Below, one piece after another: positions 11,501 to 21,730 of a stretch of 64,000 nt of DNA. Position numbers and translations under genes: made by a program. The stretch spans positions 1 to 64,000 of IMG/VR virus record IMGVR_UViG_3300025035_000003; one strand, given 5' to 3'. This DNA comes from a virus. The notes beneath the pieces were generated by a model. That model made no database searches. It was not told the DNA's origin and saw only the letters and a list, made by a program, of their open reading frames with translations. Positions within the stretch are counted from its first letter, which is position 1, and every line of letters starts with the position of its first letter.

Positions 11501-11631
11501 GTAATACTGAAGTAGTAGATGCAGCTATTAATAAGGCACTAAAAGGTATAATGCTAGGCAAAGATGGTAAATTGAAAGTGGCATTTAGAAACTTTGCCAA
11601 AGCAAATGATATAAACTTAGAAGGATGTTAA
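8515..11631 (+). CDS. Virion RNA polymerase fragment 1 (N-terminal region) or large ejection protein
   Basis: 1038 aa, 1 bp from the RNAP catalytic ORF; its only Cys is the last residue. Confidence 0.55.
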   Translation: MSIQDAITQLAGADVASSLTGYTTPEGQAQIDALSLSQQRSLLQKKIDKLTQARQAKEERLGLTRGQQIAQRIEAIDKSKYSPAMLESIPDADSLTMIGAASGNRLAGDPTMPNNSAGWVDAPESYHGKFSESGKEQARIAKQMQQYGVTTPEEVYKLSETARLQTLYDMMGRPVGKDGKEWVPGPIKYDAKNDPLILGSKELPLNVPVSVYDTGEESFGRQVQYVGDEGNTYVQNAELAKQGMLYEPDTIVADTSQLGNKSEPSIQEKAIEALRTGSWINEKEDATFIDKSANIGKGIAHGMASVAASISEAPKKLYELLGSDYLEPISEFAKENPTYSKVVKSVIDTMADGSAVINALDKKYIGFDDTRVKKLQKEFGDAYDTENYITGMLGAIVTNPVGAVELASESFAFSKAMAAKGIVAVPAVLGTWSDNATEAAKIYEKEYGLKPEGEALRNIAALSALGTLMDMAQAKLLFDKSGGTALAAKTNALIDSLIAKVPTTVAQVALKGTSKLATLIGTEFTQEGATEATTVLGGTQDLDRALQDKYIKQVYKAAAGGAASGPGMKAIDVASKYIPDANTLKEIPSKLRSTLTPASQSDGDYVVSAMAESSLQDIMSASEHEGVKKVLSGEIPATEAHHAWVDHHITALNTELDSMPDSVTAKTRDSVVDGLANAVAMKAAMARGKGTALNSRPLGEIEADVVAEQSKDTPDEKALFRLSVEKEIAGLPTQSPGTERVSVSKESGMSAVQSHALKFYGGRVDGQERTGLLTYIDALENTDPDSKLYEYFKQRLNHFIDTQKVKLDKLETAKKEYDEKLATWDQTGEAPSVELGDGKVYDGRSEKGLLIPQQKEFGILSKVGARYIGTTDASEESDTSPVSNDTVQQDSTKQSKEQSADYAETVSGEPSSAYTTNDDSTVGVTTARAIDELESEISRLDRETIDDSSLASANQTKIEGIRNRIAELEGSTLVSEGAKQIPVNEPAQEITSITERNTEVVDAAINKALKGIMLGKDGKLKVAFRNFAKANDINLEGC

Positions 11632-11632
11632 T

Positions 11633-14600
11633 ATGCGATGCCCATTACAAGAGATAGCTATAAAGTACATAGCAAAATACCCAGAGCTACCTGTAACTAA
11701 GAAACTTAGCAGTGCACTGCAACTTACTGCTAAAGATGCTGACATGCAAATTGATAGTCAGCCCGCAGATTCTAGTAGTTCAGTAGAAGCGTATGTCGGT
11801 GATAAACTAATTAGCAAGATCTCACGTACTTTAGAAGACTCCCAAATACAGGATAGTACTCCACAAGAGGTAGAGCGCTTATCACAATCAAAGAGGGCTG
11901 AGCAAATAGCAGAAACTAAATTAGGAGAACAACAAAATGAAAGACAACCAGAAAACAGAACAGTTACATCAGGAACTACAACAAGCCAAGGAAGAGAACA
12001 AGTTAGTGACAATATTACTAAGCCGAGCGCAGAAGGCCACAGACAAGATAAAGCAACTACAAAAATAGTAGAGCCTGCCGAGGTAGAGTCAGAACTCATA
12101 ATACAAATGCGAGCAGAGTTAGCTACAATTAAAGCTGATACCAATATGAAGTTAGCGTTACTTCATGAGTTGAGTGTGCCATACCATAGATACGGTATAG
12201 CGAAGAGCGCACAGTTAGTGGCTACGAAATTACAGGATAAATATGCTAATGAGATTGACGCGCTACGTAAAAACCTAGCTAGGATACCGGAAATATTAGA
12301 TAAACAGTTAGCCACTATTAAAGGCAGAAAGCAATCGGATAGCACACAACGATTACGCCAAGAAGAAGTGGCCGTCAAACAAGCGAATAGCGCTACTAAT
12401 AAAGTTACGGAGAAGTTGAAGGAAGCTACTAGTGTGGAAGGATTAGCTAAACGTAAAGACGACTTACGCAGTGTAAATAATATGGCAGCATTTACGGCAG
12501 AGTTAGAAGCTAATATTACTAAGAATAAGAAGCGGATCGAGGCGTACAATGTTGCTATAGACACACAAAAGCAAGAAGAAGCATATGAGGCATCAATTGG
12601 TGGGCAACTAATAGACGCAGTAGATACGAATAAGATGAAAAGTAAAGAGGATGTAATTAGAAAGTACAATGCAACTAATCCTCTTAAGGTTAAAGTGCCT
12701 ATGAAGGCTAAAACCATATCAGAGAATCATGGGCTAGGGACACACTTTACATTCAATGGTAAAGGTGTTGACACCACTGTAATAGGTGATCTGCTACAAG
12801 ACTTGGAACCACTTAACACTAAGGAACTGAAGCCACTTAAAAGCACACTGGAGACAGTAGGTAAGCTGATTAGCGCACTAGGATCACTAGAGCGTAGTGA
12901 TAAGATAGCTACAATGACTGAAGATTACCATATCGCGTACGACCCAATGGCACCAAGATTTGGGAAAGGATTCAAGAACGTAAGTAGACTAATGATGAGT
13001 GTTGCAACTAAAGTAGTCCCTAATGGTAATACAGTACTCAGTCACTTCGAGATTAACAAAGATGTAAAGACAGCGATAGCGCTAGGGTTTGTGGACTGGC
13101 TCGGTACAATGGCTGCGCCAATGCGTGCTGAGGTTAGAAGTGAAGCTGATACTAATAGATTACTTCAGATAGACTCAAAGACTAAATCCACTGCAGAGGA
13201 ACGGGCTAGAGTCGCTGATATAGATGGTACAGTACCAACTGCATCTGACACACTAGGAGCTGCTATATGGGACTACTTGGGGTTAAAAGCTAAGCGTTCG
13301 ACGGATGTAGTGAATAGAGATCTAATGCAAGCTAATATGAAAACCGAGCTAGGATTACTTGCTATGCTGGCCGCTGAAGAAGCTGGGTTAGTTACCATAG
13401 AGAAAGGTGTACTACAAACTAAGTTATTCGGTTATACAGCTCCTGTAGGTGCTACAATAGCTACATACAAAGTAACTAGTGGTGTACAAGATGGAACGCT
13501 CAATGATGAAATAGCAAATACTACTACAGGTAATGGGGTAATCAATAGTAGTATAGTTGCAGGTAGTCAGGATATAGCTAAGAATATACTAAATACTGAT
13601 ATACGAGTAAGTACTGGAGTATACTGGAGTGCAGAAGATACTAAAGTAGATAGAGATTCTATACTTAATGAAGGGCTAACTGGTGAGCTAGACGCGACTA
13701 CTACTGAGATGCAGAGAGATGCAATTGAAAAACAAAATGCAGATGGTCGTGTATTCAATAACAGATTCACTGATGGATTAAAAGAAGTAGGTATTGGGTA
13801 CTTTGCTAAAGTGATGGGTTATACTGAGGGTGTCGATGCTACAGTACACAAAGAAGATAGAGCTGCTACACATGGTAAGAACTTAGGTATACAAGATCAA
13901 CTAAAGTATTACCAAGAAGCACTGTTAGAGAGTGAGAAACGAAATAACGCACCTATGTATGCTAAATGGTACATAATGAGTAATAATAGATTTGGTATTA
14001 AGTCAAACACATTCAACTGGCAAGATAAAAAGCTGCATAGACATTCCGTAGAGAAACGTAAGGTGCTAATAGCTAAAGACAGTGTAGAAGAGCAGGTATT
14101 CAAGTTAGGTATAGCGCAAGCTATGGACGTAAGCATTGATAAGCAAAACTATGAGAAGTCAATGGAGAAGTTACAGAGAGTTACTAATGCATTAGATAAA
14201 ATACTAGATGCTTCTCCAGACAACAAAGTTAAAGTTGGGTTCGAGTATATGGTAAACAATGGCATGGCCGGTGAACCTGAGTTAGCATTGCTTGGACTAG
14301 TTGAGTACATAGCATACAAAGAATCTAGAGATGCTGGAACTAAGTTCTATAGCGGAATGACTATAGAGACAGATGCAATCACGTCTGGGTACATACTGAA
14401 GATACTACAAATGCCAGTATTCACTAATGGGGGGAACAGCCTAGACATGGGCAAAGTGTATAGAGAGCTGGCTAGAGGTGGAGTGCTAAAAGAAAGTGAG
14501 AAACAGGCATATGGTGAATGGAGAAGTACTAAAGGTAATAAAGACTCATATGAAGTACCTGCTGAGTTGACTACTACTAAACTAAAAGATACTATGGTAA

Positions 14601-16180
14601 ATTCGACAGCTATTGTGAGAGTTAATGTAGTAATGGACTTATTAGGTGAAAACTTGGATAAAGGCATATCTAGAGGATTTATGAAGAAGCCGTTCATGAC
14701 ATTAAATTATGGATCAGCTATAACTACCATAATTGATAGTAAGGCTCGAGAAGCCGAGGCTAATATATACAAACTACTGACTAAAGCGCATACTGATACA
14801 GGTGCTAGACAGGAGTTAGTACGTATAATGGAAGTGGCTGGTGTACATAACAGTGTAATCCATAGGCTCAAACAAGCACACAAAGATAAAGGGATGCTAG
14901 AATTCGATATGGGTGCTAAGAACATACAACTGGTTAAAGATGTGGTAATAGCTGTACTAAAAGACCCATTGACTGAGATGTTCAACGAGCAGTATGGGGA
15001 TTTCATTAAAGCTACTAAAACAATCAATAGCTCATTCCAAATGATGTTCAGAGCTGCTGAGCCAATGATAAGAGCTAGAATGGATGCTAAGTTAGAAGAG
15101 CTAGGTGCATACATAAATGGTAGCCCAAGATCCCTTACTAATAGTGAGATTAAAGAGGTAATGCAAGACTTAGTAAATGTGCTACCAATATTCAAGATGG
15201 CATTTGCTGATAATAGTTCAAATATAGGGCTAATAGCTAAGCGCGGTAAAGGACAATATGATACTAGTATGGACACCAATGATCAGGCACAGGGTACGAT
15301 ATATGGTGTAGGTGATGGAAATACGCTCAATGCAAGTACTACATTATACAAAATGGTTGAGTCATACACCGGCGGTGCTCCAATAACAGTGCACTTCATG
15401 GATGCAATGATACAAGCAGCTGTACTATCAAAGATAGAGAGTATAGGTGTACATGATGCTAACATACTAGATGTAGTTAATGCAGTTCCAGGAACAAGAG
15501 CATATAATGAAGCTGTAGCTAAACTAGCCGAAACATATAGCTTAACAACGGAAATACTAAGTAGCATGAATAGCACAATGAATACCATAGGTATAGAGGG
15601 GCTAAAAGAGTTAGATAGCAGGTATAAATCCGAAGCAGTCGAGTTCAACCTGAACAGGGCACTGAGTGCTAAGAATGTAAATGCTCAAGTAGCTACAGCT
15701 ATCCGCGACGATATGCGTGAGATAGTAGAAGCGCTGGTTAGTGATGACAAAGGCTGGCAGTCAATACAATTAGAAGCCCTAAGGGAGGCCGGACTAGGTG
15801 AATTCGTTGAGAACTTCAATGAAGCTGAGTTGCAGACTGCAACTGCTATATACACTAGCATGCGTGACCTACAAAGACTCAGTGAAGATGGTCGATACGA
15901 GCTGCTCAATAATAAGTCACTATACATAGAACATTCAGCGTTAGCAGTGGATGGTGCTAGTGTAATTACAGAAGCAAAAGCGTACGAGAAACAAGTTCCA
16001 GAGGTTAAGTTGAGCGACGAGTTCAATATACCAGAACCTGTAGAACCAGCAAAGGCTAAGACTAAAGAAGGTATACTATCTGATATAGAAGCTATACATA
16101 CAGAGTTCAATGCTACTAAAGAAGCTGATGGAACTGCAGGTATACTTGGTGTACTGAATAAAATACTAAAAGGATGCTAA
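11633..16180 (+). CDS. N4-like virion RNA polymerase, catalytic fragment
   Basis: Single-subunit RNAP motifs: A (IETDAITSG), B (RGFMKKPFMTLNYGS) and C (VHDA), plus NNRF..NWQDKKLHR resembling N4 mini-vRNAP. Confidence 0.85.
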   Translation: MRCPLQEIAIKYIAKYPELPVTKKLSSALQLTAKDADMQIDSQPADSSSSVEAYVGDKLISKISRTLEDSQIQDSTPQEVERLSQSKRAEQIAETKLGEQQNERQPENRTVTSGTTTSQGREQVSDNITKPSAEGHRQDKATTKIVEPAEVESELIIQMRAELATIKADTNMKLALLHELSVPYHRYGIAKSAQLVATKLQDKYANEIDALRKNLARIPEILDKQLATIKGRKQSDSTQRLRQEEVAVKQANSATNKVTEKLKEATSVEGLAKRKDDLRSVNNMAAFTAELEANITKNKKRIEAYNVAIDTQKQEEAYEASIGGQLIDAVDTNKMKSKEDVIRKYNATNPLKVKVPMKAKTISENHGLGTHFTFNGKGVDTTVIGDLLQDLEPLNTKELKPLKSTLETVGKLISALGSLERSDKIATMTEDYHIAYDPMAPRFGKGFKNVSRLMMSVATKVVPNGNTVLSHFEINKDVKTAIALGFVDWLGTMAAPMRAEVRSEADTNRLLQIDSKTKSTAEERARVADIDGTVPTASDTLGAAIWDYLGLKAKRSTDVVNRDLMQANMKTELGLLAMLAAEEAGLVTIEKGVLQTKLFGYTAPVGATIATYKVTSGVQDGTLNDEIANTTTGNGVINSSIVAGSQDIAKNILNTDIRVSTGVYWSAEDTKVDRDSILNEGLTGELDATTTEMQRDAIEKQNADGRVFNNRFTDGLKEVGIGYFAKVMGYTEGVDATVHKEDRAATHGKNLGIQDQLKYYQEALLESEKRNNAPMYAKWYIMSNNRFGIKSNTFNWQDKKLHRHSVEKRKVLIAKDSVEEQVFKLGIAQAMDVSIDKQNYEKSMEKLQRVTNALDKILDASPDNKVKVGFEYMVNNGMAGEPELALLGLVEYIAYKESRDAGTKFYSGMTIETDAITSGYILKILQMPVFTNGGNSLDMGKVYRELARGGVLKESEKQAYGEWRSTKGNKDSYEVPAELTTTKLKDTMVNSTAIVRVNVVMDLLGENLDKGISRGFMKKPFMTLNYGSAITTIIDSKAREAEANIYKLLTKAHTDTGARQELVRIMEVAGVHNSVIHRLKQAHKDKGMLEFDMGAKNIQLVKDVVIAVLKDPLTEMFNEQYGDFIKATKTINSSFQMMFRAAEPMIRARMDAKLEELGAYINGSPRSLTNSEIKEVMQDLVNVLPIFKMAFADNSSNIGLIAKRGKGQYDTSMDTNDQAQGTIYGVGDGNTLNASTTLYKMVESYTGGAPITVHFMDAMIQAAVLSKIESIGVHDANILDVVNAVPGTRAYNEAVAKLAETYSLTTEILSSMNSTMNTIGIEGLKELDSRYKSEAVEFNLNRALSAKNVNAQVATAIRDDMREIVEALVSDDKGWQSIQLEALREAGLGEFVENFNEAELQTATAIYTSMRDLQRLSEDGRYELLNNKSLYIEHSALAVDGASVITEAKAYEKQVPEVKLSDEFNIPEPVEPAKAKTKEGILSDIEAIHTEFNATKEADGTAGILGVLNKILKGC

Positions 16181-16183
16181 TCC

Positions 16184-17308
16184 ATGGCATGTGAAATAGA
16201 TAAAACAATAGAACAATTCAAAACCATACTAAGCAGATCTAAGACTACTGATGTGCAGCGTAAGTTAGTAACTGCTGCACTGGGCAAGCTGGAATCGTTG
16301 GTTGCCCTGCGAGATAACACAAGTAATGAAAGTATAGTGGAACAACTGGCTAAAGTCGACACAGCTAGAGTAGTTGAGGGTGTGAAACCATATAATAAAA
16401 CACCACTAACTGAGAAACCACAAGATTATAAGCAGTTAAAAAGCCTCAAAGTAGAAGTATTTGGTAAGTATGAAGGTAGTGGGTTAGATACGGGACAGTA
16501 CTATAAGGGTATGCGTAAGGTAGTAATGAAATTGATAGGTCCAGAAATTAAGAGATCTACTGAGCTATCTGCAGTTGCAATTAAAAATATAATTATGGGA
16601 CAACCAGCTGTTGCTGCGGAATACTTACCGTATTCCAAGATAATTCAATTCAATAGAATAAGTGGTGAGCAGATTAAGACAGAGGTAGATAGTAGGCTAG
16701 TCAAAGCAGTAGAATTAGGTGCTTTACCAGCGGTAGAGAGTACACCAGAGCTATCTAAGAAATATGTTGATATGGTATCTCGCGTGCTACGTAGTAATCA
16801 GAATGATCATACAGTCGTGCATGAACTAATACATGCTGGCTCATTTGAGTTTATGCGAGAATTCCCAGATCATCCTGCAACAGTAAGAGTTAATGAGTTA
16901 TTTGAGCTAGCTAAAGCTAATATAACTAAGACTGTTAACTTCAACTACTGGAAAACTAGTACAGATGAATTTCTAGCGGAGGCATTAAGTAACCCACAGC
17001 TAATAGGCGAGCTAATAAAGTTAGAACCTACTGCTAAGTTAGATAAATTAAGTAATGTGTTCGAGACATTAGTAGACACATTACTAAAGATGCTAGGATT
17101 GAAGGGTAAAGAATTGACTAATGCATTCGAGTACATGCTAGATGGTTACATATCAATGGTAGAAGCACAACAAGCGCAAGATAAGCGAAGTTATCCAGAA
17201 CTAGAGGCACTACTAGGTAAATTAGATGTAATCGTCACAAATGAAGAGTACTTCAATAGAGGACTATCCACTGAAGCTATTCAAGCAATCAAAGATGCAT
17301 GTAAATAA
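16184..17308 (+). CDS. vRNAP-associated fragment 3, zincin-like metallopeptidase domain
   Basis: HELIH (HExxH) motif with downstream EFLAEAL. Confidence 0.65.
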   Translation: MACEIDKTIEQFKTILSRSKTTDVQRKLVTAALGKLESLVALRDNTSNESIVEQLAKVDTARVVEGVKPYNKTPLTEKPQDYKQLKSLKVEVFGKYEGSGLDTGQYYKGMRKVVMKLIGPEIKRSTELSAVAIKNIIMGQPAVAAEYLPYSKIIQFNRISGEQIKTEVDSRLVKAVELGALPAVESTPELSKKYVDMVSRVLRSNQNDHTVVHELIHAGSFEFMREFPDHPATVRVNELFELAKANITKTVNFNYWKTSTDEFLAEALSNPQLIGELIKLEPTAKLDKLSNVFETLVDTLLKMLGLKGKELTNAFEYMLDGYISMVEAQQAQDKRSYPELEALLGKLDVIVTNEEYFNRGLSTEAIQAIKDACK

Positions 17309-17317
17309 GGACTAATA

Positions 17318-20300
17318 ATGAATTGTAACATAGATAAAATAAGAAACATATTAGCTGGCGAAGGACTATCAGGTAAAGAACTAGATGACAGGGTAGAAGA
17401 GTATAAACAACTCAAAATACAAATGTACAATGATGCAGCTGATTCCGCAAGGGTTGTACGTGAGACCGCGTATGGTTATAAAGCTAATGGAGAGAAGTTT
17501 CATAAGATCGTGGACATACTAGGAGTAACTAAAACTACTTATGGTTATAGTATTAATGTTAACCCTACTACGAAGAATGGGGTCGACAAGATAGATGTCG
17601 ATAGCTATGGGCTGAATATAGGCAATGGTAAGTACAACTTTACAAAAGGTGTACTAGATAGGATGGTCAAAGAAAATGCTGAGCATGGATTAGTAGATGG
17701 CACAACACTATACAATCAAAGTGGGACAACACAAGAATACATAGATAGAGCATTCATGGATGCAGATACGACTAATGATACAGTGCATAACATACAACTA
17801 GCAATGCAGAAAGCTGATCAAGAAGCACTAGGTGGTGACTGGGATGCAGAGCATAGTGAAGCACTAAAAGGTGTAACTACAGAGCTACAAAGACTATCGA
17901 AGACCATAGCAGGTATGAACATACTAGTAACTAAAGATAAAGTAGCTAGTATAGTAGAACCAATAGGCGAATTCAATCCTAATGCAACTGATAACAAGAT
18001 CAGATTAATCAGAGGTAGTCTAGGTGAAGAAGCTAGAAATAAGTTCACTATGACAAATGAAGAAGCAATGACGCACGAGCTAGTACATGCTGCATTAGAT
18101 TGGATATTCCATACTACTGACAAGACTGTTGGCCAGGCATTAAAATTGCAGATACGTGGACTGTACAAGTATGCTAGCAAAGTAGTAACTGTAGAAGATT
18201 TCATGCCAGAGCACAAAGGTGTATACACTAACATAGAGAAGCAGAAGGCCCAAGCGAGATATGATTATATATTTGGTACAAATAGTGAGATACAGACAGT
18301 AGCTGATGCTGATGCTAGACTACAGGAGTTCATGGCACATGCAATGACTAACAAAGCACTAGGTTATGCACTTAGTCAAAAGTTACCAGAGAACGTGCTA
18401 AGAGAGAAGGTAGACGGTGAAAACCTATTAGAAACGCTAAGTAGATGGATATGGAATGCATTCCAAATATTTGTAACTAAAGCTAAGAAGATCAAAGGTG
18501 AGAATCTCCTAGAAGAAACTACTAAGTTGGTGTATGCAATGACTGCCGTACAGGATAGATATGCTAGCAAAGCTACTCAGATGCAGGGTATGCCATTAGA
18601 TGAAAAGATAATGGGCATGGTCAATAAGCAGACAGATAAACTAGATGCATTATTAGGTAAACCAGTTGATTGGATACTAGAGAAGACAGTAGGAGAGGAT
18701 ACGGGTACTATATCACCACGTAGTAAGCACACTAAAGCGGAGATAGATAAGATAATACGAGAAACACCAGGGCTAACTGCTATGTCACTAAGTAATGATC
18801 CAGTTATACAGATGGCATACAAGTCAGAGTTTATACGTGAATGGGTTGCTGAAGAAGTAGATGCTGGGCGTAGGATGGAAGCAGCTATATACGTAAATAA
18901 GCTGGGAGAAGCACTAGCTAAGAATGCTCCTAAACCGACTGATGGATACATCAAGCAAATGTACAAAGCCGCTACTACACTGAAGAATATACGTCATATG
19001 AATAAAGTAATGAAGCGTACGATAAATAATGAAGGGTTAGCTAATGTACAAAGTAAGTTATTACAGCAAATGGGATTGGGCGAGGGGTCATTTGCTGCCG
19101 CGGTAATGGCTGACTTCGTTACGGGACGTACTACGTTGGTACAAGCGGCGGATATGACTATGCAGTTCAGAGCACATATAGATAGATTGCGTGAGAAGAA
19201 CTTTGAAGGTACACTAGAAGACATAGTAAATGGGTTCACTAAGATAAAGATCAATGATACGAAAAATAAGAAGTATAGAGAAGCGCTAGAAAGTGCTGTA
19301 CTATCTATTGATTTACAGTCAGTTGGATTAGATATAGGCATTGATGGATTGACTAGATTAGTTAATAGTGATGATGTAATTGATGCAGAGATAACTAAGA
19401 TAGTAGGCGAATTAGCTAAAGTTGGGGAGTATGCTAGCGAGATGTGGCAGCGTGAAGCAAAATCAGTCGCACAGTTCATGGTAACTGGTACCGGGTTGCG
19501 ATCAAATGCTAGAAACATAGTTAATATGTATGGTCATGCCCAGTCGTTCCCTGAGGGAATTGGTAATCCATATAGTGATAGAGAGCAAGTAATTGATAAG
19601 CTAATAACACTATACGCGTTGAAAGAAGCTGCTGGGCGTGCCGAGTTAGCCGAGTTACTTGAGCAAGATCCAGATGGTGTAAGAAACTATATGGAAACTG
19701 CAAGAGGTATGATTAGAAGTACCGAAGAAGAGATGGAAGCAGGCGGGGAGCATGAGAACTTCGTTAAAGGGCAGACTAATGACCGACTAGACCCTAACAA
19801 AGATATACAGTATGCTCCTATGTATAATAGAGTCGATATGGAAGCACAAGGCTACGCATTCGTGAAACGTATGGAGATAGCTCTAGGCGACTTTGATAAG
19901 ACAGCCTATGGCATGTTCTATAGTAACAATGCTGGTATAGGGAAACGTGTGGATGGTGCAGTAAGTTTGCAAAGACGTAATATTCCAGGATTACTACTAA
20001 GTGATAAGGTTAGGATGTCAAATCCACATCTAAAGGACAAAGCACTTTGGGACGTGATAGCTAAAGAGAAGAAGAAAGCTATAGATGTATACAGGAACAA
20101 AGGTGATGTGAGCATGCAACCAGTGTACTCACCATTAGGGGATATACAAGACTTCAGATATGTTATTAGTAAAGAAGACAAGGTTAGTAAGTTAGATATG
20201 AGTGTGAATGGGGTTGAGAAGTTAGGGCGATCATTCGGGCAAGTTGGCACAATGACAATGACTAATGAGCAGAATAGAAACCTAATAGATATAATTAGGA

Positions 20301-21625
20301 AAGATAGTGCGGAACGTGATACTAGTAGTGATATGTACAAAAACAATGCACACTTGTACATAAAGATTCAGCCTAAAGAATTTGATATGACTGATGAGGA
20401 AAGAGTTGCAGCGTACAAGCACGGTACGCTGAAGTTAGAGGATAAAGGTAAATATGGATTCAAGACGGAGGGTGAGGAGTTATGGGGACTACTTCCTCCT
20501 GATGCACGTAACTACATAATTGAGAAAAATAGAGAAGAGGACTGGAAGAGTAATAAGGACGAGAACATTAGAGATAAGCGGGATATTAAGCCAAGACGTG
20601 AATTATATGTACGTAGAGATTTAATAAACCAGCTATTCGCATATAATGAGCCAAGTATTATGGATATAAAGAAGATAGGTAAAATACCTCTTAAGGTATC
20701 CGCTAAGGTTGATAGAAACGTACGACTAGCTGAGAACTACTTCAAAGCATTTGTTGCTGTACTAAAAAGTAACGTAGTAGTTAAGATGCCATCGACTATA
20801 TATGGGAACATACTGAGTAATGCTAAGTTCTTAGTGTACTCTGGAATGAGTCCAAGACAAGCGATTGATAACTTATCATTAAGTAGAAAGAGTTTAAAAC
20901 AGTGGAAAGCTGATGAAGTTCTACAGCATAGATACGAAAGATTAATTGCTAGTACTGAAGGTAATGAGCGAGGTAAGTACAAGAGATTACGTGCAGATAC
21001 AATTAGTAGCATGAATGCCAACCCATTGAAACCATTAATGGACGCTGGATTATTCCAATCGGTAGTTGAGGGCGTATCGTTAAGAGAAGATGATAATAAT
21101 GTGGTTAGCAATGCAATTGAGAAGCAAGTTATAAAAGTTGTACCTCAAGGAACATTACTGCATGAAGTTGTCCAGACAGTATTCCTAACTAAGAAGTCAG
21201 CACTAGGTAGATTCATGGTAGGAGTAACTCAAGAGAGTGACTTCCACTTTAGAGCTGCTACTTATTGGCATGGTATTGCGAAAGGAATCCCTGAAGCTGA
21301 GATTATGAGTGATGTTAAGGAAAATTTCATCAACTACTCAAAGGTAATAAACTCAAAGTTCGTGCAATGGTTAGATAGAATGGGACCAGAAGCGTTCTGG
21401 AAATACTGGGCTAATATCCAGAGAGTACAGATAAATCGACTACGAAAGAATACATTCAAGGTACTAATGGATGTAGCCGCTCAGAAGGTTGGATTGTCCC
21501 CTGATGCCGGAATATATCATTCAAATATATTTCAATCACTCGGTAGAAGACTCAGCCCAATTGATAGTATGACCAACTTGTTTAGAGGTGGGAGTGATGC
21601 TCCAATCTTCAACTTCTTCGGCTAG
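17318..21625 (+). CDS. vRNAP C-terminal fragment 4 with N-terminal zincin motif
   Basis: HELVH and EFMAHAM motifs; the C-terminal QESDFHFR / ENFINY region resembles the N4 vRNAP C-terminal domain (recognised from memory). Confidence 0.65.
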   Translation: MNCNIDKIRNILAGEGLSGKELDDRVEEYKQLKIQMYNDAADSARVVRETAYGYKANGEKFHKIVDILGVTKTTYGYSINVNPTTKNGVDKIDVDSYGLNIGNGKYNFTKGVLDRMVKENAEHGLVDGTTLYNQSGTTQEYIDRAFMDADTTNDTVHNIQLAMQKADQEALGGDWDAEHSEALKGVTTELQRLSKTIAGMNILVTKDKVASIVEPIGEFNPNATDNKIRLIRGSLGEEARNKFTMTNEEAMTHELVHAALDWIFHTTDKTVGQALKLQIRGLYKYASKVVTVEDFMPEHKGVYTNIEKQKAQARYDYIFGTNSEIQTVADADARLQEFMAHAMTNKALGYALSQKLPENVLREKVDGENLLETLSRWIWNAFQIFVTKAKKIKGENLLEETTKLVYAMTAVQDRYASKATQMQGMPLDEKIMGMVNKQTDKLDALLGKPVDWILEKTVGEDTGTISPRSKHTKAEIDKIIRETPGLTAMSLSNDPVIQMAYKSEFIREWVAEEVDAGRRMEAAIYVNKLGEALAKNAPKPTDGYIKQMYKAATTLKNIRHMNKVMKRTINNEGLANVQSKLLQQMGLGEGSFAAAVMADFVTGRTTLVQAADMTMQFRAHIDRLREKNFEGTLEDIVNGFTKIKINDTKNKKYREALESAVLSIDLQSVGLDIGIDGLTRLVNSDDVIDAEITKIVGELAKVGEYASEMWQREAKSVAQFMVTGTGLRSNARNIVNMYGHAQSFPEGIGNPYSDREQVIDKLITLYALKEAAGRAELAELLEQDPDGVRNYMETARGMIRSTEEEMEAGGEHENFVKGQTNDRLDPNKDIQYAPMYNRVDMEAQGYAFVKRMEIALGDFDKTAYGMFYSNNAGIGKRVDGAVSLQRRNIPGLLLSDKVRMSNPHLKDKALWDVIAKEKKKAIDVYRNKGDVSMQPVYSPLGDIQDFRYVISKEDKVSKLDMSVNGVEKLGRSFGQVGTMTMTNEQNRNLIDIIRKDSAERDTSSDMYKNNAHLYIKIQPKEFDMTDEERVAAYKHGTLKLEDKGKYGFKTEGEELWGLLPPDARNYIIEKNREEDWKSNKDENIRDKRDIKPRRELYVRRDLINQLFAYNEPSIMDIKKIGKIPLKVSAKVDRNVRLAENYFKAFVAVLKSNVVVKMPSTIYGNILSNAKFLVYSGMSPRQAIDNLSLSRKSLKQWKADEVLQHRYERLIASTEGNERGKYKRLRADTISSMNANPLKPLMDAGLFQSVVEGVSLREDDNNVVSNAIEKQVIKVVPQGTLLHEVVQTVFLTKKSALGRFMVGVTQESDFHFRAATYWHGIAKGIPEAEIMSDVKENFINYSKVINSKFVQWLDRMGPEAFWKYWANIQRVQINRLRKNTFKVLMDVAAQKVGLSPDAGIYHSNIFQSLGRRLSPIDSMTNLFRGGSDAPIFNFFG

Positions 21626-21730
21626 TTGCGCTTCTAACGATTCGATTCGTGCATTGGCTTTAGTTAGCTGACTGGTTAGAGATGTTATCTGTTTGATAGC
21701 CTCTTTGTATTGTGTAAGTATCTTATCCAA
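21536..21730 (-). CDS. Hypothetical coiled-coil protein, convergently overlapping the vRNAP 3' end
   Basis: Heptad-like 64-aa ORF coupled to the upstream minus-strand ORF. Confidence 0.45.
   Translation of the reverse strand: MDKILTQYKEAIKQITSLTSQLTKANARIESLEAQLAEEVEDWSITPTSKQVGHTINWAESSTE

Noticed and set aside
8595-21111. Numerous minus-strand ORFs within the vRNAP block
   Set aside because: Antisense shadows of long plus-strand genes; Ser/Leu-rich with no motifs.
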